Source: Candidatus Omnitrophota bacterium (GTDB lineage: Bacteria; Omnitrophota; Gorgyraeia; B26-G9). From it: 64,000 nt of DNA. Positions within the stretch are counted from its first letter, which is position 1. Each line of letters opens with the position of its first letter. Below the pieces are notes generated by a model, which worked only from the letters and a program-made list of their open reading frames with translations, had not been told where the DNA came from and searched no databases. The position numbers and the translations under genes were made by a program. Positions 29,746 through 39,164 of this stretch are shown one piece after another. The DNA lies in contig JBDRPX010000028.1 of NCBI GenBank assembly GCA_043826565.1, positions 16,607 through 80,606 on the forward strand, written 5' to 3'.

Positions 29746-30798
29746 ATGCTGGAAATTTTAGTTGTTGATGATGAGCGTGAAATAGCCAAAGCTCTCAAGA
29801 ATTTTTTCATTGCGAAAAATTATACGGTGTATGTTGCCAATAACGGCAAAAAAGCGATTGAAATAGTTAAAACACACCGGCCTCATCTTGTCTTTTTAGA
29901 TATCCGCATGCCGGAGATGGATGGACTGACAGTTCTCCGGACTATCCGAGAATATGATAAATCAATAAAAGTTATTATGGTTACCGCCTTTGGTACGCGT
30001 GAGATCGTTAATGAAGCCATGCGTCTGGGCGCGGCTGATTTTATCCGCAAGCCTTTTACTCTCGACTATCTGGAACATGATGTTATGGAAAAAGTAAATG
30101 TTCAGTTATTCGAAGATTTGCGCACAGAGATAAGTGAAAAAGATGATCTTATCGACCAATTACAAAAACTAAACAAAAGAGTATCACGCAATTTTTATCA
30201 GACCATGCTTTCTTTGGCCGCGGCATTAGAAGCCCGGGATCAATATACCCACGGACATTCCGAACGGGTTGATTTATTCAGCAAACTTATTGCCGGAGAA
30301 TTAAAAGCGAATAATAATCCTGTGGTCACAACAAAATTCTTTGATGATTTGCATATTGAATCACGGTTGCATGATATCGGTAAGATCGCGATCCCGGATG
30401 ATATTTTAAACAAACCGGGGAAGTTGACCAAAGAAGAATTCCGTGAAATCCAAAGACATCCCGCGGAGAGCGCGCGTATTTTAGCGCCGTTGGATGGGAT
30501 TAAAGAACATATTGATGTTGTTTATAACCATCATGAGCGTTTTGACGGCACCGGGTATCCGGAACAGCGGACCAGGCAAGATATCCCGCTGCGGGCCAGA
30601 ATAATTTCCGTGGCTGATGCTTTTGACGCGATGACGTCAGACCGGCCGTATCGTATGGCGATGCCGCAGGAAAAGGCTTTTTCTGAACTGGAAAAAAACA
30701 AAGGCACGCAGTTTGACGCGGAAATAGTGGACGCGTTTGTTTCCGCTTATAAGAATAAAAAAGATAAAGCTAAGGAGGCAATGGAAGCGATCATCTAA
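29746..30798 (+). CDS. Response regulator with receiver domain and HD-GYP phosphodiesterase domain (RpfG-like)
   Basis: Receiver 'LVVDDE...D55-like FLDIRMP...K'. HD-GYP 'HGHSERVD...HDIGKIAIPDDILNKPGKLT...HHERFDGTGYP'. RBS GGAGGT. Confidence 0.85.
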   Translation: MLEILVVDDEREIAKALKNFFIAKNYTVYVANNGKKAIEIVKTHRPHLVFLDIRMPEMDGLTVLRTIREYDKSIKVIMVTAFGTREIVNEAMRLGAADFIRKPFTLDYLEHDVMEKVNVQLFEDLRTEISEKDDLIDQLQKLNKRVSRNFYQTMLSLAAALEARDQYTHGHSERVDLFSKLIAGELKANNNPVVTTKFFDDLHIESRLHDIGKIAIPDDILNKPGKLTKEEFREIQRHPAESARILAPLDGIKEHIDVVYNHHERFDGTGYPEQRTRQDIPLRARIISVADAFDAMTSDRPYRMAMPQEKAFSELEKNKGTQFDAEIVDAFVSAYKNKKDKAKEAMEAII

Positions 30799-30938
30799 CG
30801 CGGATAAAAAGGACTTTTCGGCTTAGCACTGCTAAATATTAATTATTCCATAATTTATCATTCATACATAATACGCATTAATTTTTTATAAATAATAAAC
30901 CTTAATATTAACTTACAATATTCAATCGGAGGTTTGTA

Positions 30939-31988
30939 ATGCTAAAGATCCTGGTAGTGGATGATGAGCCGGAAATAACAGAGTTACTAAAAAACTTTTT
31001 TTCGCGTAAAGAGTATACAGTTTTTATTGCCAATAACGGAGAATCTGCTTTAGAGATTGTCAAGGAGCAGAGGCCGCATCTGGTGTTCCTGGATATCCGT
31101 ATGCCGGGGATGAACGGATTAAATGTTTTGAAAAATATCCGCCAGATGGATACGAGTATCAAGGTTATTATGGTAACCGCGCTCGAAAGTGATGCGATGG
31201 TAAGAGAGGCTTATTCTTTGGGGGCAGTTGATTTTGTGCGCAAGCCGTTTAATCTGGAGTATCTTGAACGTGATGTTATCGAAAAAGTAAATGCCAAACT
31301 TTTTGGCGACTTGCGGCAGGAACTTGACGAAAAAAGTAAACTGGTCGAACAATTAGCGGATCAGCTTAATCAGATCAGTGAGCTGAACAGTAAGCTAAAA
31401 CGCAATTTTTATCAGACGATTCTTTCTTTGGCCACGGCATTAGAAGCCCGGGACCAATATACTCACGGACATTCCGAACGGGTTGATTTATATTCCAAGA
31501 TTATTGCCGAAGAGTTGAGAGATAATCAAAACTGGCCGATCGATGATGAATTTTTGGATAATCTGCATGTGGAAGCGCGTTTACATGATATCGGCAAGAT
31601 CGCGATTCCGGACGGAGTTTTGAATAAGCCCGGGAAATTAGATGACGAAGAATTTAATTTAATTCAAGCGCATCCGGTAAAAAGCGCGAAAATTTTAGCT
31701 CCTTTAGAAGACCTTAAGGAAAATGCCGAAGTGATCCGTCATCATCATGAAAGATATGACGGCCGGGGATATCCCAGTGCTTTAAAAGGAGAAGATATCC
31801 CGGCCCGGGCCAGAATTATCGCGGTAGCTGATTCTTATGACGCGATGACATCTAATCGTCCGTATCGGAAGGCTTTGTCGATTGAAATCGCCATGGGAGA
31901 ACTGGAAAAAAATAAAGGCACGCAGTTTGACGCGCAGGCTGTAGATGCTTTTATCAGCGCGATCAAAAAAGGTAAAATACCTAATTAA
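30939..31988 (+). CDS. Response regulator plus HD-GYP domain, tandem paralog of the preceding gene
   Basis: Same architecture and about 60% identity by eye ('HGHSERVDLYSK', 'HHERYDGRGYP'). Same RBS context GGAGGTTTGTAATG. Confidence 0.85.
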   Translation: MLKILVVDDEPEITELLKNFFSRKEYTVFIANNGESALEIVKEQRPHLVFLDIRMPGMNGLNVLKNIRQMDTSIKVIMVTALESDAMVREAYSLGAVDFVRKPFNLEYLERDVIEKVNAKLFGDLRQELDEKSKLVEQLADQLNQISELNSKLKRNFYQTILSLATALEARDQYTHGHSERVDLYSKIIAEELRDNQNWPIDDEFLDNLHVEARLHDIGKIAIPDGVLNKPGKLDDEEFNLIQAHPVKSAKILAPLEDLKENAEVIRHHHERYDGRGYPSALKGEDIPARARIIAVADSYDAMTSNRPYRKALSIEIAMGELEKNKGTQFDAQAVDAFISAIKKGKIPN

Positions 31989-32030
31989 AAGATGATAATT
32001 GAGAATTGACAGTTGAAAGTTGAGTATTAA

Positions 32031-32387
32031 ATGTCTAAAAGATTTGAAGATTTACAAGTATGGCAACTGGCGGTTGATTTGGCAGTTAAAATATATAAGA
32101 GTTCAAAGGTATTTCCTGCAGAAGAGATATATGGGTTGACTTCACAATTAAGAAGAGCTGTTGTATCAGTTTCTACTAATATTGCTGAAGGAAGCGGCAG
32201 ATCATCAAAAAAAGAATACCGCCATTTTGTTGAAATAGCGATTGGTTCAATTAATGAGGTGGAAAATCTTTGGATAATCGCACAAAAGATAGGATATTTA
32301 AAAGAAATAGATTTTAAGTTGATAAAAAATAATATTGAGGAAGTGCATGGATTATTAAATGGATTTCGCAGGTATTTGAGTAAGTAA
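32031..32387 (+). CDS. Four-helix-bundle protein (23S rRNA intervening-sequence protein family)
   Basis: 'FEDLQVWQLAVDLAVKIYK...FPAEEIYGLTSQLRRAVVSVSTNIAEGSGRSSKKEYRHF' is the hallmark of this family. 118 aa. Confidence 0.8.
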   Translation: MSKRFEDLQVWQLAVDLAVKIYKSSKVFPAEEIYGLTSQLRRAVVSVSTNIAEGSGRSSKKEYRHFVEIAIGSINEVENLWIIAQKIGYLKEIDFKLIKNNIEEVHGLLNGFRRYLSK

Positions 32388-32472
32388 TTTGTTTTTACAA
32401 TTATCAATTATTAGAAATATGAAAATTGCAGGTTGAATGTTGAAAGTTGGGTATAAATAGTTTTTTATTTTA

Positions 32473-32502
32473 CAATTGTCAATTGTCAATTGTCAATGTT
32501 CA
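32473..32502. repeat. Tandem heptamer array (AATTGTC)x3 plus a degenerate unit in the mtnP leader
   Basis: 'acaattgtcaattgtcaattgtcaatgttca' read directly. Further 7-periodic units at 31997-32024 and 32416-32447. Confidence 0.7.
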
Positions 32503-32518
32503 AATCAAAGGGGGATTA

Positions 32519-33375
32519 TGGAATCAGTTAAAATAGGAATTATCGGCGGCAGTGGAATTTATGATATTGAGGAAATCAAGGAAGTTGATGTTATTGAAAT
32601 CGATACTCCTTTTGGAAAACCTTCGGATAAGGTTATTATCGGTACTTTAGAAGGGGTGAAATTCGCTTTTCTGCCGCGTCACGGCCGGGGGCATACCATA
32701 TCACCGTCGGAGTTAAATTACCGGGCGAATATTTATGCTTTAAAATCATTGGGCGTAGAACAGATAATTTCTGTTTCCGCGGTGGGCAGTCTTAAGGAAG
32801 AATTAAAGCCGCGTGATTTTGTGGTTCCGGACCAGTTGTTTGACCGGACCAAGAACCGTCCGTGTACGTTTTTCGGCAATGGAATAGTCGCGCATGTCGG
32901 CGTTGCCGATCCGTTTTGTCCGGAATTAACCAGCCTGGTGTATGATACTATTAAGGAAGTCGGTATTCCCGTACATAAAGGCGGCACCTATGTTTGTATT
33001 GAAGGCCCGCAGTTTTCTACGCGCGCCGAATCAAACGCCTACCGTCAATTAGGATTTTCCATTATCGGCATGACCAATGTGCCGGAAGCAAAACTGGCCC
33101 GGGAAGCGGAAATATGTTATGTAACTGTGGCTTTGGTTACTGATTATGATGTGTGGAAAGCAGACGAAGAAGTTACTTTAGAAACCGTGCTGGCTAATCT
33201 TAATGCTAATTCCGCTAATGCCAAGAATTTCATCAAGGCCATCCTGCCGAAAATGGACCGGGCGCGTAATTGCGGATGTCCAAGCGCTTTAGCCACGGCG
33301 ATCGTTACATCCAAAGATATTGTTCCGAAAGAGACTTTGAATAAGCTTCAGCTTTTGATCGGGAAGTATCTATGA
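32519..33375 (+). CDS. mtnP: S-methyl-5'-thioadenosine phosphorylase
   Basis: RBS AAAGGGGGA then ATG (MESVKIGIIGGSGIY). PNP/MTAP-family motifs and phosphate-binding region. The ORF-track start at 32476 is less likely. Confidence 0.85.
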
Positions 33376-33466
33376 TTAGCTGAAATGTAGGGGCTAAGGA
33401 TTAGGGGCTTTGTCCCGTCTGTCAGACAGTAATCGCTGTTCTATTGATATCACTTATTAGATTAAA

Positions 33467-34339
33467 ATGATAAAACAAATTAGAAAAAAAATTAGAATTC
33501 TTTTTGATGTAATATCTTATTTTATCCTTTCTGTAAAGCTTCATCTTATGCATTCTTATTCATGTTATATCTGTGGAAATAAAACACCAAATATTTATCT
33601 GCCTTACTGGAGAAGGCCTGTTCTTAAATGTTCCAGATGTGATTTAAAATTTGCTTTAACAAAACAAGGCCTTGACGATGTTAAAGTAATTCATGGCCGC
33701 CGCCATTGGAACGATATTTATAAAGAACTAGGATGTGAGGATAACTCTTTGGCCTGGAAAGATTGGCAAAAATGGAAACACGGCTTATTAGAGAAGTTTG
33801 CTTTTTCCGAGATTGAAAAGGAGTTTGGTTCTGCAAGAAGTGTCTTAGATGTGGGGTGTGGAAATGGTATGTTTCTGGAAATGTTCCTGCAGCGTAAATG
33901 GAGATGCGTAGGTGTTGATTTCAGTGAATTTGTTAAAGATATTTCGTTTTCTCCAGAAATTAATATTATAATATCTCCTTTTGAAAAGACACGTTTTGAT
34001 AGCAAACAGTTTAATTTAATTACTTTAATGCATGTCTTAGAGCATTTTATTGATCCAGTTGCATGTTTAATTGAAATTAAAAGGATTTTGAAAGATGATG
34101 GATATTTATTAATGGAAGTTCCTTTGACCCAGGATTATTACGGTATTTATCATCAAAGTTATTTTACAAAAAAAAGCTTATATCTTTTGTTGAAAAAAGT
34201 TGGAATAAAGGTCGTACAATGTTTTACGTATAAAGATGAGATTAAAAAGAAGGCACACTATAATTTTGTAGTACTTGCTAACAAGCTGACCTCCTCCCTA
34301 AAAACTGTACCACTTGCAAATGTGAAAATCAAGTGGTAA
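33467..34339 (+). CDS. Class I SAM-dependent methyltransferase with an N-terminal Cys4 zinc-ribbon
   Basis: CYICGN...CSRCD zinc ribbon. SAM motif I 'VLDVGCGNGMF'. Confidence 0.65.
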   Translation: MIKQIRKKIRILFDVISYFILSVKLHLMHSYSCYICGNKTPNIYLPYWRRPVLKCSRCDLKFALTKQGLDDVKVIHGRRHWNDIYKELGCEDNSLAWKDWQKWKHGLLEKFAFSEIEKEFGSARSVLDVGCGNGMFLEMFLQRKWRCVGVDFSEFVKDISFSPEINIIISPFEKTRFDSKQFNLITLMHVLEHFIDPVACLIEIKRILKDDGYLLMEVPLTQDYYGIYHQSYFTKKSLYLLLKKVGIKVVQCFTYKDEIKKKAHYNFVVLANKLTSSLKTVPLANVKIKW

Positions 34340-34360
34340 AACAGTAAAAGGAGGTGCAGG

Positions 34361-34627
34361 ATGAAAGGGAAAAGATATCCGGTAGAGCAGATCATTGGGA
34401 TACTAAAAGAATGTGAATCGGGGATGAAAACGGGAGATTTATGCCGCAAGCATGGGATTTCGACCAATACTTTGTATAATTGGAAGGCGAAATACGCAGA
34501 CATGAATATCAGTGATGCTCGCAGGTTAAAAGAACTTGAGCAAGAAAACGGACGGCTTAAGAGATTAGTAGCGAATCAAGCATTAGATATCCAGATGCTC
34601 AAGGAGATAAACTCAAAAAACTGGTAA
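34361..34627 (+). CDS. IS3-family transposase OrfA (HTH protein)
   Basis: See the mobile_element entry. RBS AAAGGAGGTG upstream. Confidence 0.75.
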   Translation: MKGKRYPVEQIIGILKECESGMKTGDLCRKHGISTNTLYNWKAKYADMNISDARRLKELEQENGRLKRLVANQALDIQMLKEINSKNW

Positions 34628-34662
34628 AGCCCGAAGCAAAACGCGAAGCGGCAAAACATCTC

Positions 34663-35028
34663 ATGAATCGTTTCGGGCAGAGTCAAAGACGCAGTTGTAA
34701 AATTGTTAAATTACATCGATCATCGTATAGTTACAAACACCAGTGCAAAGATGATGGCAAAGCACGAACAAGAATTAAGCAATTAGCAAAAGAAAACCGT
34801 AAATGTATGTGTTTAGCAAAGAAGTTTTTCTCTAAACTGGAAGAATATCCAACAGATAAAGCTGCGTATCAAAGGAATATTCATAATACGCTTAAGGTTG
34901 CGAAGTATTTGAATAATATCAATAATTTCGATGTTTCAGAAATACGTGTTCTTTTAGACCAGCTTTTACAAATATGGCAGATGGTCTGGGCAGAGAAAGA
35001 TATTGAGGAAACGTTGCTCATTCCATAG
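34663..35028 (+). pseudogene. Truncated IS3 OrfB fragment (N-terminal HTH only, no DDE domain)
   Basis: Only the first ~30 aa resemble OrfB N-termini. The remainder is non-homologous and Lys-rich. No frameshift site (A6G-like) seen. Confidence 0.5.
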
Positions 35029-35239
35029 GTTTATGCCTAACCTTTAACGTGTTATGCTCCAATAAGTTACCTTCCAAAATGTGATAATATACCGCTATTC
35101 TTGATAATTCCATCTGTTTATGATAGTATAACATATCTATAATTATAAAATATATTAGGTGTGTACCATTGAAAATTGAATATTGAGTATGGTATCAAAG
35201 ATCAACGCTCATTTTGACAGAAGTTATTGACTATAATAT

Positions 35240-36364
35240 ATGCGAAGAATTCTACTACTATATATATCTAATAATTCCGGCCATCACCGGGCGACTTTGG
35301 CGATAGAGGAGGCCTTAAACTTTCTTTGTCCGGAGCTCAAGGTGCTGAATATCAACTGTTTTAACTATACCAACCCGGTATTGGAAAAAGTTATAAACAG
35401 TACCTATAACAAGGTGATAAAGATAAAGCCGGAAGTTTGGGAGTATCTCTATGATAATCCTAAGATTGTGCGGCGTTCCTTAAAGCTGCGGGCGATGATC
35501 CATAAGTTCAATTCTAAGAAACTTAAAAAAATGATCTATAATTTTAAGCCGGAAGCGATTGCCTGTACCCAGGCTTTTCCCTGCGGCATGGTTGCTGATT
35601 TTAAAAAAACATATGATCTGGATGTTCCGCTTATCGGAGTATTAACCGATTATTATCCGCATTCTTATTGGAAATACGATAATGTGGACGGATATGTTGT
35701 TCCCAGCGACCAGGCTAAAAAGCGTCTGGTGGATAATGGCGTAAAAAAAGACAGGGTCCATGTATTCGGAATACCCATAAGTCCGACATTTTCCAAGCCG
35801 TTGGATAAAAATTTTATTTTAAAGAGTTTAAATCTGCAGACGAATATTCCCACGATCCTGCTGATGGGCGGCGGCCAGGGGTTAGGCCCGATCGAAGACC
35901 TGGTTTTTGCGATCAATACAATTGAAGGACAGTTTCAGGTGATTATTGTCTGCGGAACAAATAAAAAACTAAAAAAATGGCTGGAAAAAAGAAAAACTCT
36001 TTTTAAAAAAGACATGGCGATATTCGGATATACCAGGCAGATAAATATACTCATGGATATTTCGGATCTGATCGTAACTAAGCCGGGCGGATTAACTACT
36101 GCCGAAGCGCTTACCAAGGGCCTGCCGCTGGTAATCGTCAATCCGATCCCCGGGCAGGAAGCAAAAAATACCGAGTTTCTTTTAAGTGCAGGTGTTGCGG
36201 TTAAAGCCAAGAACCCGCTGGATGCTGCGGTGCTGATAGAATCGCTGTTAAATACTCCCGGCAAACTGGATAAAATGAAAGCCGCGGCATTAAAGCATGC
36301 TAAACCGCAATCAGCTATGGACACAGCAAAACTTTTATTAAGCCTTATTCAACAGGAGTCATAG
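35240..36364 (+). CDS. MGDG-synthase-like / processive diacylglycerol glycosyltransferase (GT28 family)
   Basis: N-terminal 'ILLLYISNNSGHHRATLAIEEAL' (MGDG_synth domain). C-terminal GT28 'GGGQGLGP...TKPGGLTTAEAL..GLPLVIVNPIPGQE'. Confidence 0.75.
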   Translation: MRRILLLYISNNSGHHRATLAIEEALNFLCPELKVLNINCFNYTNPVLEKVINSTYNKVIKIKPEVWEYLYDNPKIVRRSLKLRAMIHKFNSKKLKKMIYNFKPEAIACTQAFPCGMVADFKKTYDLDVPLIGVLTDYYPHSYWKYDNVDGYVVPSDQAKKRLVDNGVKKDRVHVFGIPISPTFSKPLDKNFILKSLNLQTNIPTILLMGGGQGLGPIEDLVFAINTIEGQFQVIIVCGTNKKLKKWLEKRKTLFKKDMAIFGYTRQINILMDISDLIVTKPGGLTTAEALTKGLPLVIVNPIPGQEAKNTEFLLSAGVAVKAKNPLDAAVLIESLLNTPGKLDKMKAAALKHAKPQSAMDTAKLLLSLIQQES

Positions 36365-36369
36365 AATAG

Positions 36370-37251
36370 ATGCTGATATATTTTTTATACCGATTAGCAC
36401 AGTGGTTAGCGTGCAGCCTTCCTATTTCTGTCGGTTATCGTGTCGCGGTTTTTATAACCGGGCTTAAGTTTTCTTTTACGAAAAAAGAACGTGTTTTTGT
36501 AAATAATAATCTAAAGACAATTCTCGGCGCAGATGATCCGCGCATTCCGCAATACACCAGGGAATTATATAATAATTTCGGGAAATATCTTAATGATTTT
36601 TTCCGTTCTTCAAAGCTGGATAAAAAATTCATTGATAGATTTGTCCGGATCGAGAATTTACGATATATGGATGAAGCTTTAAGTAAAGGTAAGGGCGTGA
36701 TCGGGCTTACCGCTCATTTGGGCAACTGGGAACTTACGGCTTCGATTCTGGCGGTACTCGGGTATAAGATGAATGCTATTGCCCTGACACATAAAAATAA
36801 GCAGATTGACCGGATCTTTGATCATCAGAGAAAAGTAACAGGAATGAATGTTATTCACTTAGGGATTAGTGTCCGGCAGTGCTTTGCCGCGTTAAAACGC
36901 AATGAAATTGTCGGGATCTTAGGTGATCGTGATTTTTCCGGGGAAAACGGTGTCCTTATGGATTTTTTCGGCAAGAAGATGCTGATCCCCCGCGGCCCGG
37001 CAGTATTGAGTTTAAAAACAAAAGCGGCGATTGTGCCGGCTTTTGTTGTCCGCGAGACACAAGATGACCGGTGCTTTCGTTATATTTTTGAAAAACCGAT
37101 CTACCCGCAAAATTCCGGAAATGATGAAGAGGATATATTAAGGATGACCGAAAAGTTCACCCGGATTATCGAAAAGTATGTAAAGCAGTATCCTCAGCAG
37201 TGGTTTATATTCCACGAGTTCTGGAATCCGTCAAAGGTAGAAATAATATAA
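36370..37251 (+). CDS. Lipid A biosynthesis lauroyl/myristoyl acyltransferase family protein (LpxL/HtrB-like)
   Basis: N-terminal TM. 'TAHLGNWEL' HX4(D/E)-type acyltransferase motif. 'ILGDRDFSGENG' second motif. Size 293 aa. Confidence 0.75.
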   Translation: MLIYFLYRLAQWLACSLPISVGYRVAVFITGLKFSFTKKERVFVNNNLKTILGADDPRIPQYTRELYNNFGKYLNDFFRSSKLDKKFIDRFVRIENLRYMDEALSKGKGVIGLTAHLGNWELTASILAVLGYKMNAIALTHKNKQIDRIFDHQRKVTGMNVIHLGISVRQCFAALKRNEIVGILGDRDFSGENGVLMDFFGKKMLIPRGPAVLSLKTKAAIVPAFVVRETQDDRCFRYIFEKPIYPQNSGNDEEDILRMTEKFTRIIEKYVKQYPQQWFIFHEFWNPSKVEII

Positions 37252-37252
37252 T

Positions 37253-37345
37253 ATGAATATTGAATATGGAATATGGAATATGGAAAGTTGGATATAAATA
37301 GTTATATGTTTTTCAATTTTCAATTTTCAATTCTCAACTGTCAAT
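37253..37345. repeat. Two adjacent heptamer arrays, (GAATATG)x4 then (TTTTCAA)x3 plus 3 degenerate units, filling the intergenic region
   Basis: 'tatgaatattgaatatggaatatggaatatggaaagttgg' and 'tttttcaattttcaattttcaattctcaactgtcaattatcaaaattatg' read directly. Confidence 0.75.
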
Positions 37346-37355
37346 TATCAAAATT

Positions 37356-38021
37356 ATGAAATGCTGTGTATTACTTCCCGCATATAACGAAGAAAAAACT
37401 ATCGGTGCGCTGGTTAATGATGTCCGGGCGCAGGGATTGGATGTTATTGTTGTTGATGACGGCTCCAAAGATAATACCGCGGCGGTTGCCGAGCAATCGC
37501 AGGCTGTGGTATTAAAACATGCGCAGAATCAGGGAAAAGGAAAAGCGTTGCGTACAGGATTTGATCATGTTATAAATAATCGTTATGACGGGGTGATTGT
37601 TATGGATGCGGACGGCCAGCATTCTGAAGGGGAAATTCAAAATTTTATTAAATTGGCTGAAGAATCTGAAGCGGGAATAATTATCGGTAACCGGATGCAT
37701 AATCCTCAGGGTATGCCTTTTGTCCGGAGAATGACTAATATTATTACATCTTCGGTAGTTTCTGCTTTAGTCGGAGATAATATCCCGGATAGTCAGTGCG
37801 GATTTCGGCTGATCAAGACCGAAGTGCTTAAAAAGCTCAGTCTTTCTACAATAAATTATGATACGGAAACAGAAATATTGCTTGAAGCCAGCCGGGCTAA
37901 ATTCCGGATTGAATCCATCCCCATCAAAACAGTCTATGCCGACCAAAAAAGCCAAATTAATCCTTTTATCGATACATTGCGGTTTTGGAGTTTGATAATC
38001 AGAAGCTTATTTAAGAAATAG
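37356..38021 (+). CDS. Family-2 glycosyltransferase (dolichyl/polyprenyl-phosphate sugar transferase-like)
   Basis: 'LLPAYNEEKTI', 'VIVVDDGSKDNT', 'GKGKALRTGF', 'VMDADGQH' are GT2 DPM1-like motifs. Confidence 0.8.
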   Translation: MKCCVLLPAYNEEKTIGALVNDVRAQGLDVIVVDDGSKDNTAAVAEQSQAVVLKHAQNQGKGKALRTGFDHVINNRYDGVIVMDADGQHSEGEIQNFIKLAEESEAGIIIGNRMHNPQGMPFVRRMTNIITSSVVSALVGDNIPDSQCGFRLIKTEVLKKLSLSTINYDTETEILLEASRAKFRIESIPIKTVYADQKSQINPFIDTLRFWSLIIRSLFKK

Positions 38022-38047
38022 TGTTTAAAGAAGGGGAAGTTCCGGGT

Positions 38048-38710
38048 ATGTGCGGAGAAACTGATTTTTATTTTTTGCGCGACCAAATGATTGAAACCCA
38101 GCTTACTTTGCGCGGGATTAAAGACCGAAGGGTTTTGGACGCGTTCCGGAAAGTCGCGCGTCATGAATTTGTATCCCCGGAATTAGAAAAGTCAGCCTAT
38201 GAAGATCATCCTTTGCCGATCGGCAGCGGGCAGACGATTTCCCAGCCGTATATGGTGGCATTGATGAGTGAGCTTTTAGAGCTTAAGGGGCAGGAAAGAG
38301 TCTTAGAGATCGGTACCGGCAGCGGTTATCAGTCGGCGATTCTCGCGCAGTTAGCTAAAGAAGTTTATTCGCTGGAGAGAATTGAAAAATTAGCTCATAA
38401 AACAAGAGAACGTTTCCAAAATCTGGGGATTGACAATGTTTTTATTGAAGTCGGGGACGGGACATTAGGGTTTGAAAAGCATAGTCCGTATGACGCGATT
38501 ATTGTTACGGCCGCGTCTCCGGAAATTCCTCCGGCATTATTATCGCAGTTAAACGACGGGGGCAGATTGGTTATTCCGGTGGGGGGCAGGTCTCAGCAGG
38601 TGCTGACCTGTTGTGTGAGGAAAAAAGAGCAGGTAGAAATTAGAAAAGTATGCGGATGTGTGTTTGTTCCGCTTATTGGTAAGGAAGGATGGAAGAGCGT
38701 ATATGAATGA
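38048..38710 (+). CDS. pcm: Protein-L-isoaspartate O-methyltransferase
   Basis: 'GQTISQPYMVALM', SAM motif 'VLEIGTGSGYQSAILAQL', 'VPVGG'. The start is uncertain (ATG 38048 or 38087; the ORF track begins with GTG 38021). Confidence 0.85.
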   Translation: MCGETDFYFLRDQMIETQLTLRGIKDRRVLDAFRKVARHEFVSPELEKSAYEDHPLPIGSGQTISQPYMVALMSELLELKGQERVLEIGTGSGYQSAILAQLAKEVYSLERIEKLAHKTRERFQNLGIDNVFIEVGDGTLGFEKHSPYDAIIVTAASPEIPPALLSQLNDGGRLVIPVGGRSQQVLTCCVRKKEQVEIRKVCGCVFVPLIGKEGWKSVYE

Positions 38711-39164
38711 AGCAGTTGTAGAATCTTTTAAGGTTGTGGCTCTTTCGGCAATGCCGATTTCGGAATTAAGAGGAGCGATCCCTGTGGGAGTGATGATGGG
38801 GATACCGCCGCTGAAAGTGTTTGTTCTGGCGATTATCGGGAATATTTTGCCGGTTCTGCCGTTATTGTATTTATTGGATCCGGTTTCCGCGAAACTGCGC
38901 AAATTTAAATTATTTAAAAAGTTTTTCGATTGGTTATTCGAACGGACAAAACGAAAAGCGCAGATCGTGGAAAAGTATGAATTATTAGGCCTGATCATTT
39001 TAGTGGCGATCCCTCTGCCGATGACCGGTGCGTGGACCGGATGTATGGCGGCATCATTATTCGGCCTGAATAAAAAACTTTCTTTTATCGCGGTTACGGT
39101 GGGCGTGCTTATCGCGGGAATTATTGTGATGTTGTTAACTCTCGGCGCAAAGAATATTTTTTAA
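38706..39164 (+). CDS. Small membrane protein (COG2426-like putative small exporter family)
   Basis: Start ATGA overlaps the pcm stop region. 4 TM helices. The family call is tentative. Confidence 0.45.
   Translation, partial: NEAVVESFKVVALSAMPISELRGAIPVGVMMGIPPLKVFVLAIIGNILPVLPLLYLLDPVSAKLRKFKLFKKFFDWLFERTKRKAQIVEKYELLGLIILVAIPLPMTGAWTGCMAASLFGLNKKLSFIAVTVGVLIAGIIVMLLTLGAKNIF

Larger units (their letters stand above)
34361..35028 (+). mobile_element. IS3-family insertion-sequence remnant (intact orfA, truncated orfB)
   Basis: orfA (34361-34627) has the IS3/IS911 HTH and leucine zipper ('LCRKHGISTNTLYNWKAKY', 'RLKELEQENGRLKRLVANQALDIQMLKE'). The following ORF begins with the OrfB HTH_21-like 'RRSCKIVKLHRSSYSYK', then diverges without a DDE integrase. 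No terminal inverted repeats identified. Confidence 0.6.
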
